Assembly: GCA_963814275.1 (NCBI GenBank)
Contig: CAWFCE010000002.1
Coordinates: 1,003,263 to 1,067,262, forward strand
Length of the DNA: 64,000 nt
From: Candidatus Parcubacteria bacterium
Lineage (GTDB): Bacteria > Patescibacteriota > Patescibacteriia > Patescibacteriales > UBA12075
Direction: 5' to 3'
This document shows positions 55,465 to 64,000 of this stretch, piece after piece; the stretch's first letter is position 1; each line of letters begins with the position of its first letter. Both the position numbers and the translations under genes were made by a program. The notes under the pieces are model-generated. The model was not told the DNA's origin. It saw nothing but the letters and a program-made list of their open reading frames with translations, and made no database searches.

Positions 55465-56598
55465 TTAAATTTGGGTGGTAATGCTGTACATCGGCATGAT
55501 GATAGCCACGGCCATACCGCCAACGCCCAACCCGAGGGCGAGAATAAGCAGCGGTTCGATGATGGAAGGCAGATTTTCCATGATTTGATTCACTTCTTCC
55601 TCGTAAAACTCCGCCAGTTCACTCAATATATTGTCCAGTTCACCGGTTTCTTCGCCAATTGCCACCATTTGCGTCACTACCGGTGGGAAAAGCTTGGGGT
55701 ATTCTTTGATTACTTCATTGAGTTTGCCGCCTTTCTTGATCTTTTGCGCCATATCGTTAATGACTGCGCGATAGTGCAGATTGCCGAGGACATTGGCGGT
55801 GATTTGGAAAGTTTTGATTATCATGATGTCTGTCTTAAGCAGCGAGCTGATGTTGCGGGCAAAACGGGCGAGATTTATCTTTTTTATGATCGGTCCGAAT
55901 ACCGGTGTATGCAGCAATATGGCCTGAAAAATATATTTACCTTTGTGTGTTTTCAGCACCCGAATAAGCGTGAATACGAAAACCACCAGCAGGATTACGG
56001 ATAATACGCCGTTTTTTATCAAGGCGCCGCTTACCCCGATCAGAATTTTGGTCGGCAGCGGTAATTCGGCATCCATGTCCGTGAACATCTGAGTGATCTT
56101 GGGAACGACAACGATCATCATGAAAGTACCGATCCCGCCCATCGCCATTACGATCACCGCCGGGTAGGTCAAGGCGCCTTTGACTTTGGAGATCAGGGCA
56201 TGTTCTTTTTTCATTTGGATATAAAGCTCGGAAAGCACATCCTCAAGCTTCCCCGACATCTCGCCAGCTTCTACCATGGATACGAACAATTCTCCGAAAA
56301 TTTTGATGTAGGGACGCATACTGTCGGCAAAACTGGTGCCTTTTTCGACTTTTCCCGAGACATCAGTAAGGACTTTCACGAAGTATTTGTTAGTTGATTG
56401 CGAGGCAAGCGTGGTGATGGCTATCGACAATGATATTCCGGATTTAAGCATCAGCCGTAGGTGTTGGACAAAAAATAGTTTTTCTTTTAACGGAATCCGG
56501 GACAATGACATGACAAAATCATTGAGCCGCTCCATTAGCGGCCTTTTTACTGCTTCTTCAGTGTCAGTAGATAAGGCGGATGAGAAATTTACAGGCAT
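55465..56598 (-). CDS. pilC: type II secretion/type IV pilus platform protein (GspF/PilC family)
   Basis: Two T2SSF repeats and 3 TM segments; …VAIGEETGELDNIL…. Confidence 0.85.
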   Translation of the reverse strand: MPVNFSSALSTDTEEAVKRPLMERLNDFVMSLSRIPLKEKLFFVQHLRLMLKSGISLSIAITTLASQSTNKYFVKVLTDVSGKVEKGTSFADSMRPYIKIFGELFVSMVEAGEMSGKLEDVLSELYIQMKKEHALISKVKGALTYPAVIVMAMGGIGTFMMIVVVPKITQMFTDMDAELPLPTKILIGVSGALIKNGVLSVILLVVFVFTLIRVLKTHKGKYIFQAILLHTPVFGPIIKKINLARFARNISSLLKTDIMIIKTFQITANVLGNLHYRAVINDMAQKIKKGGKLNEVIKEYPKLFPPVVTQMVAIGEETGELDNILSELAEFYEEEVNQIMENLPSIIEPLLILALGLGVGGMAVAIIMPMYSITTQI

Positions 56599-56755
56599 TA
56601 TTTTAGCGGTTAATAATTTATTAAATGTTTATTGGTTTTGAGACCAATAATATCCAATAAACGAATATTCAAAACACTTTTTAAATATTTAAAATTAATT
56701 ATTCCTGGAAAATTAAATATTAATGATCATTTTTTAGTTAATGGCATTTTTCAAT

Positions 56756-58483
56756 TTATTCCTTTGTTACCCTCATCACTTCTTCCAGGGTGGTGATACC
56801 GTTTTTGGCTTTGATGAAACCGTCATCGACCATGGTGATCATGCCATCAAGCAAGGATTGCTTTTTGATGTCATGGGCGGAAGCATTTTTAAGCATCAGG
56901 GATGAAACCGCTTCGTTGTTTTCCAATATTTCATATATGCCGATACGTCCCTTGTAGCCGCTGTTATTGCAGCGCTTACAGCCTTTACCGCGGTAAAAAA
57001 GAAGGGATTTGAGGCCTTTTTTTGCGCTAATAATCGTTTTTTCCTTCTCCATTGTGTCGAGAATGGACTCGACATCAAGCTGCTTTTCCAATTCCTGCAC
57101 TTGTTCTGCGTCAAGGTTGAAGCTTTGTATGCAATCCGGGCAGATCTTCCTGACCAGGCGCTGGGCAACGATGCAATTAGTGGTCGTAGCTATCAGGAAC
57201 GAGGGAACGCCCATTTCCGCCAGGCGCGGCAGGGTGGTGGGGGCGTCATTGGTATGAAGGGTCGAGAGGACCAAGTGGCCCGTCATAGCGGCGTGTATCG
57301 CGATTTCGGCGGTTTCTTGGTCGCGAATTTCACCGACCATAATGATATCGGGATCCTGGCGAAGAAAAGCGCGCAAACCGGAAGCAAAAGTGAAGCCGAT
57401 CTTGGTGTTCACCTGTGACTGGTTGACATGCGGCATGCGGTACTCGATCGGGTCTTCGATAGTGGAGATGTTCACTTCGGGTACGTTCAGGATATTGAGC
57501 ACGGTATAAAGAGTGGTCGTTTTCCCCGAGCCGGTGGGGCCGGTGACCATTATTATGCCATGGGGTTTTTCGATATTGCGTTTCAGGGTTTTTAAAGCGT
57601 TCGGCTGAAGGCCCAATTGTTCAAGGCTCAGGACCTGGGCTTTCTCGTTCAGCAGGCGCAAGACGATCTTTTCGCCATCGAAAGTAGGCATGATCGAAAC
57701 GCGAAACGCAACCTTGTATTCACTGGTCGCGATTTTGAAACGTCCATCCTGCGGCATGCGATGTTCGTCGACTTTGAGGTTGGAAAGTATCTTGATGCGG
57801 GCGGCAATACCGGATTGGACGCTTTTGGGCAGGACCATCACGTTACGCAGAATACCGTCAATGCGGTAGCGGACCAGGACGTTTTTTTCTTCCGGCTCGA
57901 TATGGATATCGCTGGCCCCCTCAATCACCGAATATTCCAGCAGGGTGTCGACAATCCTGACCACCGGCAGATCCTCAGCCAGTTTCTTAAGATCCTTATT
58001 GTCATCGAGCTTGAGGTTTTTATCTTCGGACAAATAATCGAATTCGGCTTTAAGGCTTTTGTGGTATTGCTTAAGCGTTTCTGAAATATTGTCCGGTGTG
58101 GTCAGATAAATGATCGGTTTAAGTCCGGTCTTTTTTTTGATAAATTCAAAAATTTCGATGTCTTCAGGATCGATAACCGCCAGTTTTATTTCCTTGTCCG
58201 TGGCGTCAAAAGAGATTATGCTATGGGTAGTTGCGATCGGTTCGGGAACCGTGAATAATACGTCTTTGCGGATCGTTTGATTCTTAAGGTCGATAAAAGG
58301 AATTTTGTAGTATGTGGCCGCGCTTTCGTAAAGCACCAAAGGGGTGATGATCTTCTTTTCCAACAGGTAATTTTCCAGTTTTTTCGATTTGCTAACAGCT
58401 TCCTCCTTATTTTTTTTGAAATTTTCAGGGTTTAAAATTTCTGAAGCTATTAAAATTTTTTCCAACTGCTTATCTGTGAACAT
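56756..58483 (-). CDS. pilB: type IV pilus assembly ATPase (GspE/PilB family)
   Basis: Walker A VTGPTGSGKTTTLY; Asp/His boxes; tetracysteine CPDC…CKRC. Confidence 0.9.
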   Translation of the reverse strand: MFTDKQLEKILIASEILNPENFKKNKEEAVSKSKKLENYLLEKKIITPLVLYESAATYYKIPFIDLKNQTIRKDVLFTVPEPIATTHSIISFDATDKEIKLAVIDPEDIEIFEFIKKKTGLKPIIYLTTPDNISETLKQYHKSLKAEFDYLSEDKNLKLDDNKDLKKLAEDLPVVRIVDTLLEYSVIEGASDIHIEPEEKNVLVRYRIDGILRNVMVLPKSVQSGIAARIKILSNLKVDEHRMPQDGRFKIATSEYKVAFRVSIMPTFDGEKIVLRLLNEKAQVLSLEQLGLQPNALKTLKRNIEKPHGIIMVTGPTGSGKTTTLYTVLNILNVPEVNISTIEDPIEYRMPHVNQSQVNTKIGFTFASGLRAFLRQDPDIIMVGEIRDQETAEIAIHAAMTGHLVLSTLHTNDAPTTLPRLAEMGVPSFLIATTTNCIVAQRLVRKICPDCIQSFNLDAEQVQELEKQLDVESILDTMEKEKTIISAKKGLKSLLFYRGKGCKRCNNSGYKGRIGIYEILENNEAVSSLMLKNASAHDIKKQSLLDGMITMVDDGFIKAKNGITTLEEVMRVTKE

Positions 58484-58716
58484 ACTAAAAGCGAATTCTA
58501 AAGAATCCGAGGTAATGATTATAAATATTGTTGAAAACTATTTATATTATAACATAAAATAGATAAAGTAGGCCAGCAAATAAGGAGCTGGCTAAAAAAA
58601 TATAGATTAATAAGCTTTTTTTGCCTTAATACTTGTATTATTAAAAATTAATATTTTTTATTAAACGTTATTTATTGAATATAATCGTAAAATAATATAT
58701 GGTATTAAGATATTAT

Positions 58717-60057
58717 ATGAAAGAAAAAACTTACAATATTATTACTATCGGTTGCCAGATGAATAAAAGCGACAGTGAAAGGATCGCGTCATATTTGGAC
58801 GGACAAGGCTATGTGGGGATAGCAAATAGCGACCAAGCCGATATGATCGTTTTGACCACTTGCGCCGTGAGGCAATCAGCGGAGGATAAGGCTTACAGCC
58901 TGGCTCATAAGATCAAAAAAGCGAACCCGGAATGTATATTGGTTTTAACCGGCTGTCTGGCCGAGAGGGAAGATGTGAAAAAGAAACTGGATAAATTCAT
59001 AGATGCCTGGATGCCGATAGGTGAGATCGCTAAATTTAAATTGCCTTTATCGGCTTTCCGCCAAAAAAAATCGGCTTCAGGGCCGGACAATTGCGGGTAT
59101 TTGGAAATCGCCGCAAAACATAAAAGCGAATTTTCGGCATATGTTCCGATCGGTAACGGCTGTGACAATTTTTGTTCATATTGCGTGGTACCATACGCCC
59201 GCGGCAGAGAAAAATACCGCCCGGCCGGTTCGATCATCAATGAAGTGCGGAAATTAGTGGATAACGGCTTCAAAGAAATCAATTTGATAGCGCAGAACGT
59301 TAATAGCTATCGGTCGGGGATCGGAGAGCGGGGATCGGTGAGCGTGGTGGAAAACAAGTCCAGAGGCGAGCGCTGTGATTTTACTGGACTGCTCAGTGCT
59401 ATCAACGATATTCCGGGAAAATTTTGGATCAGGTTCGCGACCAGCCACCCCAAAGATATGAGCGATGAGCTGATCGACATGGTTGCGAAATGCGATAAAG
59501 TGTGCGAGCATATCCATCTGCCTGTCCAGGCCGGGGATGACAAGATCCTGAAAAGCATGAATCGTAAATATACAATAAGTAAGTACGGGAATTTAATAAA
59601 AAAAATCCGCGGGAGCATGCCAAAAGCGGCTATTTCAACGGATATTATCGTGGGATTTCCCGGTGAAAGCGATAAGCAATTCGAAAACACAGCCAAATTG
59701 GCCCGGCAAATGGAATTCGACCAGATCTATGTTGCCCAGTATAGTGAGCGTCCCGGCACCGCGGCCGCTCAGTTAGCAGATGATGTGCCCAAGACCGAAA
59801 AAAGACGGCGAGAGCGGGTGTTGGCCGATATTCTGCGCCATTCCGCCCTGAAAAAAAACAAAAAATATATCGGAGAAACAATCGAGGTATTGGTCGAAGC
59901 GAAAAACAGGAAGGGGAATTGGCTTGGCCGGACCAGGTCGGGAAAAAATGTCGAATTACTAATGTCAAATGCCGGAATAAAAGCTGGCGATTTCGTCACG
60001 GTAAGAATAACAGAAGCCAGGGATTTCGGACTGTCCGGAGAGCTTATTAAAGGCTGA
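58717..60057 (+). CDS. miaB: tRNA-2-methylthio-N6-dimethylallyladenosine synthase
   Basis: IITIGCQMNKSDSE; CDNFCSYCVVPYARGRE; C-terminal TRAM domain; adjacent to miaA. Confidence 0.85.
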   Translation: MKEKTYNIITIGCQMNKSDSERIASYLDGQGYVGIANSDQADMIVLTTCAVRQSAEDKAYSLAHKIKKANPECILVLTGCLAEREDVKKKLDKFIDAWMPIGEIAKFKLPLSAFRQKKSASGPDNCGYLEIAAKHKSEFSAYVPIGNGCDNFCSYCVVPYARGREKYRPAGSIINEVRKLVDNGFKEINLIAQNVNSYRSGIGERGSVSVVENKSRGERCDFTGLLSAINDIPGKFWIRFATSHPKDMSDELIDMVAKCDKVCEHIHLPVQAGDDKILKSMNRKYTISKYGNLIKKIRGSMPKAAISTDIIVGFPGESDKQFENTAKLARQMEFDQIYVAQYSERPGTAAAQLADDVPKTEKRRRERVLADILRHSALKKNKKYIGETIEVLVEAKNRKGNWLGRTRSGKNVELLMSNAGIKAGDFVTVRITEARDFGLSGELIKG

Positions 60058-60116
60058 TATAGCATATCAAGCTGCCTGGCATCAGTGTCTGATCTTTAGT
60101 ATATTGCTATACTTTT

Positions 60117-61061
60117 ATGAAAAAAACCATAAACAAGAAGATTGTTGCGATAGTCGGTACGACCGCTAGCGGCAAAACCAATTTAGCCGTCTATTTGGCT
60201 TATTTGTTCAATGGCGAAATAATAAGCGCGGATTCGCGCCAGGTCTATAGATATATGGATATCGGTACCGGCAAAGATCTTGATGAATATACGGTCAAAA
60301 CGAAAAGCGGACCGTTCCGGATACCATACCATTGTATCGATGTAGTTGGCCCGAATACGGATTATAATCTCGGTAAATGGCATAAAAAGGCGGTAAAAGC
60401 AGCCGATAATATCCTGTCCCGCGATAAATTGCCGATAGTAGCCGGGGGCAGCGGACTTTACGCCCAGGCCTTGATCGACGGTTATGATCTGCCCGCCGTA
60501 AAACCTGATTTTAAATTGCGCGCGCGTCTGGAGAGATCCGGCAACATTGAATTGTTCAGGGAGCTTGAAAAACTGGACAGAAATTTTGCCATGGGCATCA
60601 ATGCCAGCGACAGGAAAAACAAAAGACGGTTAATCAGGTATCTAGAAGTTAGAAAGCAGAAAAAAGAAAGCAAGAAACAGAACCATAAAAAAAAGTACGA
60701 TTCTTTAATATTGGGGTTGGCTTGGCCGGCTGAGGAGTTGAAGGAAAGAATAAATAAAAGATTGGTCCAAAGGCTGGAAAATGAAGATATGATAGGGGAG
60801 ATTGATCGGCTTCATAATAAATACCATGTCAGCTGGAAACGCCTGATAAGTTTTGGTTTGGAATATAAGTATGTTGCCCTTTATTTACAGAAGAAATTAA
60901 ACTATGAAGAAATGAAAGCCGAAATCAACCGGGCCAGCTACCAGTTCAGCCGGCGCCAGCTGAGCTGGCTCAGGCGCTGGGAACGGCAAGGAGTAAAGAT
61001 CCATTGGTTGAGTTCCCCTAAAGCCGCCGGGGATATAACGCGCAAGTTTATAAAAAAATAA
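60117..61061 (+). CDS. miaA: tRNA dimethylallyltransferase
   Basis: VGTTASGKTNLA; ISADSRQVYRYMDIGTGK. Confidence 0.9.
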   Translation: MKKTINKKIVAIVGTTASGKTNLAVYLAYLFNGEIISADSRQVYRYMDIGTGKDLDEYTVKTKSGPFRIPYHCIDVVGPNTDYNLGKWHKKAVKAADNILSRDKLPIVAGGSGLYAQALIDGYDLPAVKPDFKLRARLERSGNIELFRELEKLDRNFAMGINASDRKNKRRLIRYLEVRKQKKESKKQNHKKKYDSLILGLAWPAEELKERINKRLVQRLENEDMIGEIDRLHNKYHVSWKRLISFGLEYKYVALYLQKKLNYEEMKAEINRASYQFSRRQLSWLRRWERQGVKIHWLSSPKAAGDITRKFIKK

Positions 61062-61104
61062 GGATCATCCAGATGCGGATAATCCTTATTAGCTTTTATC
61101 GCTG

Positions 61105-61257
61105 TTATTCTTTTTCCTTGTCTTTTTCGATTTCTTTGTATATCCTGCATTCCGTCCCTTCTTTGGCAGTGCAGGGGAACCCGTGAAACTGGCAACCACG
61201 TCCACTTTGATGCTTCAGACATCTTTTTTCATCTATCTTTTTTCCCATTTTTCCCAT
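61105..61257 (-). CDS. possible 50-aa Cys/His-rich ORF overlapping the 3' end of 61229..61462 out of frame
   Basis: MGKMGKKIDEKRCLKHQSGRGCQFHGFPCTAKEGTECRIYKEIEKDKEKE. No independent SD; speculative. Confidence 0.25.
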   Translation of the reverse strand: MGKMGKKIDEKRCLKHQSGRGCQFHGFPCTAKEGTECRIYKEIEKDKEKE

Positions 61258-61462
61258 TCTCCTTTTCCATGATCATATTGATGTTTGCCACCCGACGGCA
61301 TTCCGGGCACTCAAAAAAGTCATTTCGCCTTACTACCGGAATGTCCTTGCCAATTTTCTGGCAGTTACAACAAATACTGCCATTGAACAATGTGAGCGGG
61401 CCTAAATCCATAAACTCATAGTACAACGCCAAATTGTCTTTTAAAGAGCTATTTATTCCCAA
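61229..61462 (-). CDS. small zinc-ribbon protein (77 aa)
   Basis: GAGGAGG SD 6 nt before a TTG start; CCNC…CPEC cysteine pairs. Confidence 0.55.
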   Translation of the reverse strand: MGINSSLKDNLALYYEFMDLGPLTLFNGSICCNCQKIGKDIPVVRRNDFFECPECRRVANINMIMEKENGKNGKKDR

Positions 61463-61500
61463 AATTTACCTCCTCTCTTTGTTGATATGTGAAATAATTA

Positions 61501-61532
61501 AAAAAAAATCCTCCGTACCCGGAGGAATTTTT
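61501..61532. terminator. bidirectional hairpin terminator
   Basis: tcctccg-tacc-cggagga flanked by A8 and T5 runs. Confidence 0.65.
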
Positions 61533-61641
61533 ATAAATATATAAATTACATTTTTTTAATCGGGTTTTTGGATGTTTCAATGCCTTATTCATAAATAATA
61601 ATTTTCACTTAATTCATTGTAACAAAATCAAAAGGTTTTGT

Positions 61642-62142
61642 CTATTGCGATTTTTGACGGTTTGCTCTTTCCCAATTATCTATAACTCTCTTTATCTTGG
61701 ATGCCAAAGCGTCTTGTGTCACCTTATTCTGTGCTTTGCCGGCAAAAACTTTAAATTGACCCACCAAGCTGGCAAGCAGATCTTCATCAATGTCGCCCCC
61801 AGTAATCGTTCCCGCAAGTTGCGATATGATTCCTTCAGGCTCGGCGGTCCAGTCGATTGTATCGGTAGAAACAGCTCTTTCCGACTTATCACCTAATTTT
61901 TCATTCAATAACGCAAATACCTTTTCCTTTATGTGCCCGGCATTACCGGCCAGATTATCCGTCAACAGATTGTATCTGTTTCTGGCAAACTCCAGATAGC
62001 CTTTCTGGATTTCCTCAAGGTTATTAATTCGTTTGTATTGTTCGATCAGGTCTTCAAAAGATTTGAAATCGCCTTCCGCGTCATTTTCTTTACCGCCATT
62101 CATGTCAAGAGCCTCGGTATTTAGGGCTGGTTCTTTAAACAT
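61642..62142 (-). CDS. hypothetical protein (166 aa)
   Basis: ORF starting 8 nt after the gatB stop; ends before the 61501-61532 terminator. Confidence 0.55.
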   Translation of the reverse strand: MFKEPALNTEALDMNGGKENDAEGDFKSFEDLIEQYKRINNLEEIQKGYLEFARNRYNLLTDNLAGNAGHIKEKVFALLNEKLGDKSERAVSTDTIDWTAEPEGIISQLAGTITGGDIDEDLLASLVGQFKVFAGKAQNKVTQDALASKIKRVIDNWERANRQKSQ

Positions 62143-62149
62143 AAATTTA

Positions 62150-63664
62150 TTATTTAAGATTATTAATTATGTCTATTACGGTTTTGGGGTTGGCTTTGCC
62201 CTTGGTGGCGGCCATGGCCTGGCCGACAAAGAACTTGGCTATTGCCTCCTTGCCGTTTTTCAGCTCTTCGAACTGTTTGGGAAATTTTTGCGTCAGTTCA
62301 ATGACGATCTTCTCCAGCTCATCGGCATTGTCGATCTGCTCCAGTCCCAGGTCGCGCATTATATCGCTTGGGTCACCGCCTTTTCGGTACATAACGGACA
62401 ATATTTCCTGGGCGGCGGACGAATTGACCTTGCCCTGGTAAGCGAGCGCCACGAATTCGGCAAAATTTTCCGGTGTTATTTCTATATCGATAATCGTTTT
62501 GTGGTCATTATTCAGGTGCTTGAACAGTCCGCTGATCAGCCAATTCGCCGCCGCTTTGGCCAACAGATGCCTTTGTCTCTCCCAGGAATCGCCGGTCGAA
62601 TCGATCCAGGCGCGCAGTTCGGATATCACCTTTTCGGTATAGTCCGCCAAGTGTCGGTCACTCACCAGGATGGCAGCGTCTTCTTTGCGCAGGTTATATT
62701 GGCTGATGAAACGATCCTTTTTCTCCGCCGGCATTTCAATGAGCCGGGATTTTATTTCGCCAAGCCATTCCGGCGTTACCGCAATCGGCGGGATATCCGG
62801 TTCCGGAAAGTAGCGGTAATCAGCCGAAGTTTCCTTGACGCGCTGGCTTACGGTCTTTGCCGTCTGGTCGTTCCAGCCGCGGGTTTCCTGGGTAAGCTTT
62901 TCGCCATTCAGGAGCGCTTCTTTCTGTCTTTTGACCTCGAAATTGATGGCTTTTTCGACTGCCTTGAACGAATTGATATTCTTGATCTCGATTTTCGGAT
63001 TGAGTTCGTAGTCGGCCAGCGGACGGATCTCTCCCTCGGTATATTCCCACTTGCCCGGTTCCTGGACGCTTATGTTGGCTTCACAGCGCATTTCGCCTTT
63101 TTCCATGTCGGCATTGGAAATATCCAGGTAGCGCAAAGCCTCGCGGTAAGCCTGGCAGAACGCTTTGGCCTCTTCGGCATTTTCGATTACCGGCTCGGTT
63201 ACCAGTTCAACCAGGGGCGTACCGGCGCGGTTGAAATCGATGAGGGAGTAAGCCTTGCCGGACGGATGGGTGTTTTTGGCCGTGTCTTCTTCCAGGTGGA
63301 TGCGGGTAATGGCGATTTCACGGTCATTGATCTTCAAGCGGGCGTTTTTTACGAATGGTTTATCGTATTGGGATATTTGGTAGCCCTTGGGCAGGTCGGG
63401 ATAAAAGTAATTTTTCCGGTCGAATTTGCTCAAATTGCCGATGTGGCCGTTCAAAGACAAGCCCAAAAGCAATGTCCATTCGATCGCTTGCCGGTTGGGC
63501 GAGGGCAGAGTTCCGGGATGGCCCAGGCAGATCGGACATACGTTCCGGTTCGGTGAAGTATCCTGCGAATCATTGTCGCATCGGCAAAACATCTTCGATT
63601 CGGTTTTGAGCTCGGCATGGATCTCCAAGCCGATTATGACGTCGTATTCCATAGATGACTCCAA
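62150..63664 (-). CDS. gatB: Asp/Glu-tRNA amidotransferase subunit B
   Basis: YDVIIGLEIHAELKTESKMFC…; GatB_N, GatB_Yqey-like C-terminus. The start may be the second Met (63652). Confidence 0.9.
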   Translation of the reverse strand: MESSMEYDVIIGLEIHAELKTESKMFCRCDNDSQDTSPNRNVCPICLGHPGTLPSPNRQAIEWTLLLGLSLNGHIGNLSKFDRKNYFYPDLPKGYQISQYDKPFVKNARLKINDREIAITRIHLEEDTAKNTHPSGKAYSLIDFNRAGTPLVELVTEPVIENAEEAKAFCQAYREALRYLDISNADMEKGEMRCEANISVQEPGKWEYTEGEIRPLADYELNPKIEIKNINSFKAVEKAINFEVKRQKEALLNGEKLTQETRGWNDQTAKTVSQRVKETSADYRYFPEPDIPPIAVTPEWLGEIKSRLIEMPAEKKDRFISQYNLRKEDAAILVSDRHLADYTEKVISELRAWIDSTGDSWERQRHLLAKAAANWLISGLFKHLNNDHKTIIDIEITPENFAEFVALAYQGKVNSSAAQEILSVMYRKGGDPSDIMRDLGLEQIDNADELEKIVIELTQKFPKQFEELKNGKEAIAKFFVGQAMAATKGKANPKTVIDIINNLK

Positions 63665-63826
63665 CAGACCTAATCTTTAAATCATTAAAACGATAATACT
63701 AATAAGGCGTAAGCAATAAGCGCTCAGCCAAGGATATTAGCGTTAAAAAAGGCTTATAGCTTATGTCTTATTACTTATTACTTCTCTTAAAGAATTTTAG
63801 CTTAAATATCGATTTTTGACAATTTT

Positions 63827-64000
63827 TCAATTGTCGATTTTCTGAATAAAAAGATAACCGATTTTTTGGCCGGGTGATATATTTATTATGTCATGGGTAT
63901 TATTGCCGATATCGAACCGTATTTCATCGTCCGAGTTACGTCCGAACATCTTTAATGGGCGGCCTTTATGGTCGGTTATCATGCCGAAACAGCTGTCCGG
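63827..64000 (-). CDS. 3' end of a gene truncated by the window edge (possibly dUTPase/dCTP-deaminase-like beta-barrel; weak)
   Basis: Open frame to the window edge: …GMITDHKGRPLKMFGRNSDDEIRFDIGNNTHDIINISPGQKIGYLFIQKIDN*. Confidence 0.3.
   Translation of the reverse strand, partial: PDSCFGMITDHKGRPLKMFGRNSDDEIRFDIGNNTHDIINISPGQKIGYLFIQKIDN

Noticed and set aside
60938-61222. 94-aa minus-strand ORF
   Set aside because: It overlaps the 3' end of miaA by about 120 nt, lacks an SD and has an implausible composition. The alternative small ORFs in other frames fit the signals better.
62033-63556. 507-aa plus-strand ORF
   Set aside because: It is exactly antisense to gatB, whose translation has unmistakable GatB motifs. 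The antisense product is low-complexity (Phe/Leu/Gly/Arg-rich). It is a shadow ORF.

Overview
This 64-kb bacterial window is about 45% GC. The gene content looks like an uncultivated, possibly Patescibacteria/CPR-like lineage: compact housekeeping genes, a pilB-pilC-pilM-pilN-pilO type IV pilus block and many short hypothetical ORFs. That lineage guess is inference only. The first ~14 kb is an accessory, partly decaying region. It holds a Type I R-M remnant (hsdS intact, hsdR broken by at least six frame changes), a DUF45 peptidase, frame-broken AbrB-like and GNAT genes, and a duplicated 148-aa paralog pair. The stand-out feature is a ~4-kb locus (8265-12200). It carries 26 copies of a 24-nt, GTAG-prefixed palindromic REP-like hairpin in two sequence classes that differ by compensatory stem changes. 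The hairpins form higher-order tandem units of 154, ~210 or 264 nt. They surround an HUH/Y1 (IS200-like, RAYT-type) transposase gene that is bracketed by one hairpin of each class. This is a local REP/RAYT ('REPtron'-like) system. Its A-28nt-B hairpin doublets look like miniature, gene-less copies of the RAYT element. The rest of the window is mostly core genes: rarA, uppS, pgeF, malic enzyme, rplU, recR-ybaB-dnaB, tRNA-Lys/tRNA-Thr, alaX, mtaB, miaB-miaA and gatB. It also contains a csoR-dsbA-HMA/DsbD_2/cupredoxin-copA copper operon with a perfect inverted-repeat operator candidate, a glycosyltransferase/envelope cluster, an S8 protease with FG-GAP repeats, and tRNA-Lys-derived sequence scars. 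No rRNA genes or CRISPR arrays were seen. All calls come from reading the sequence and ORF translations by eye; no database search was run.
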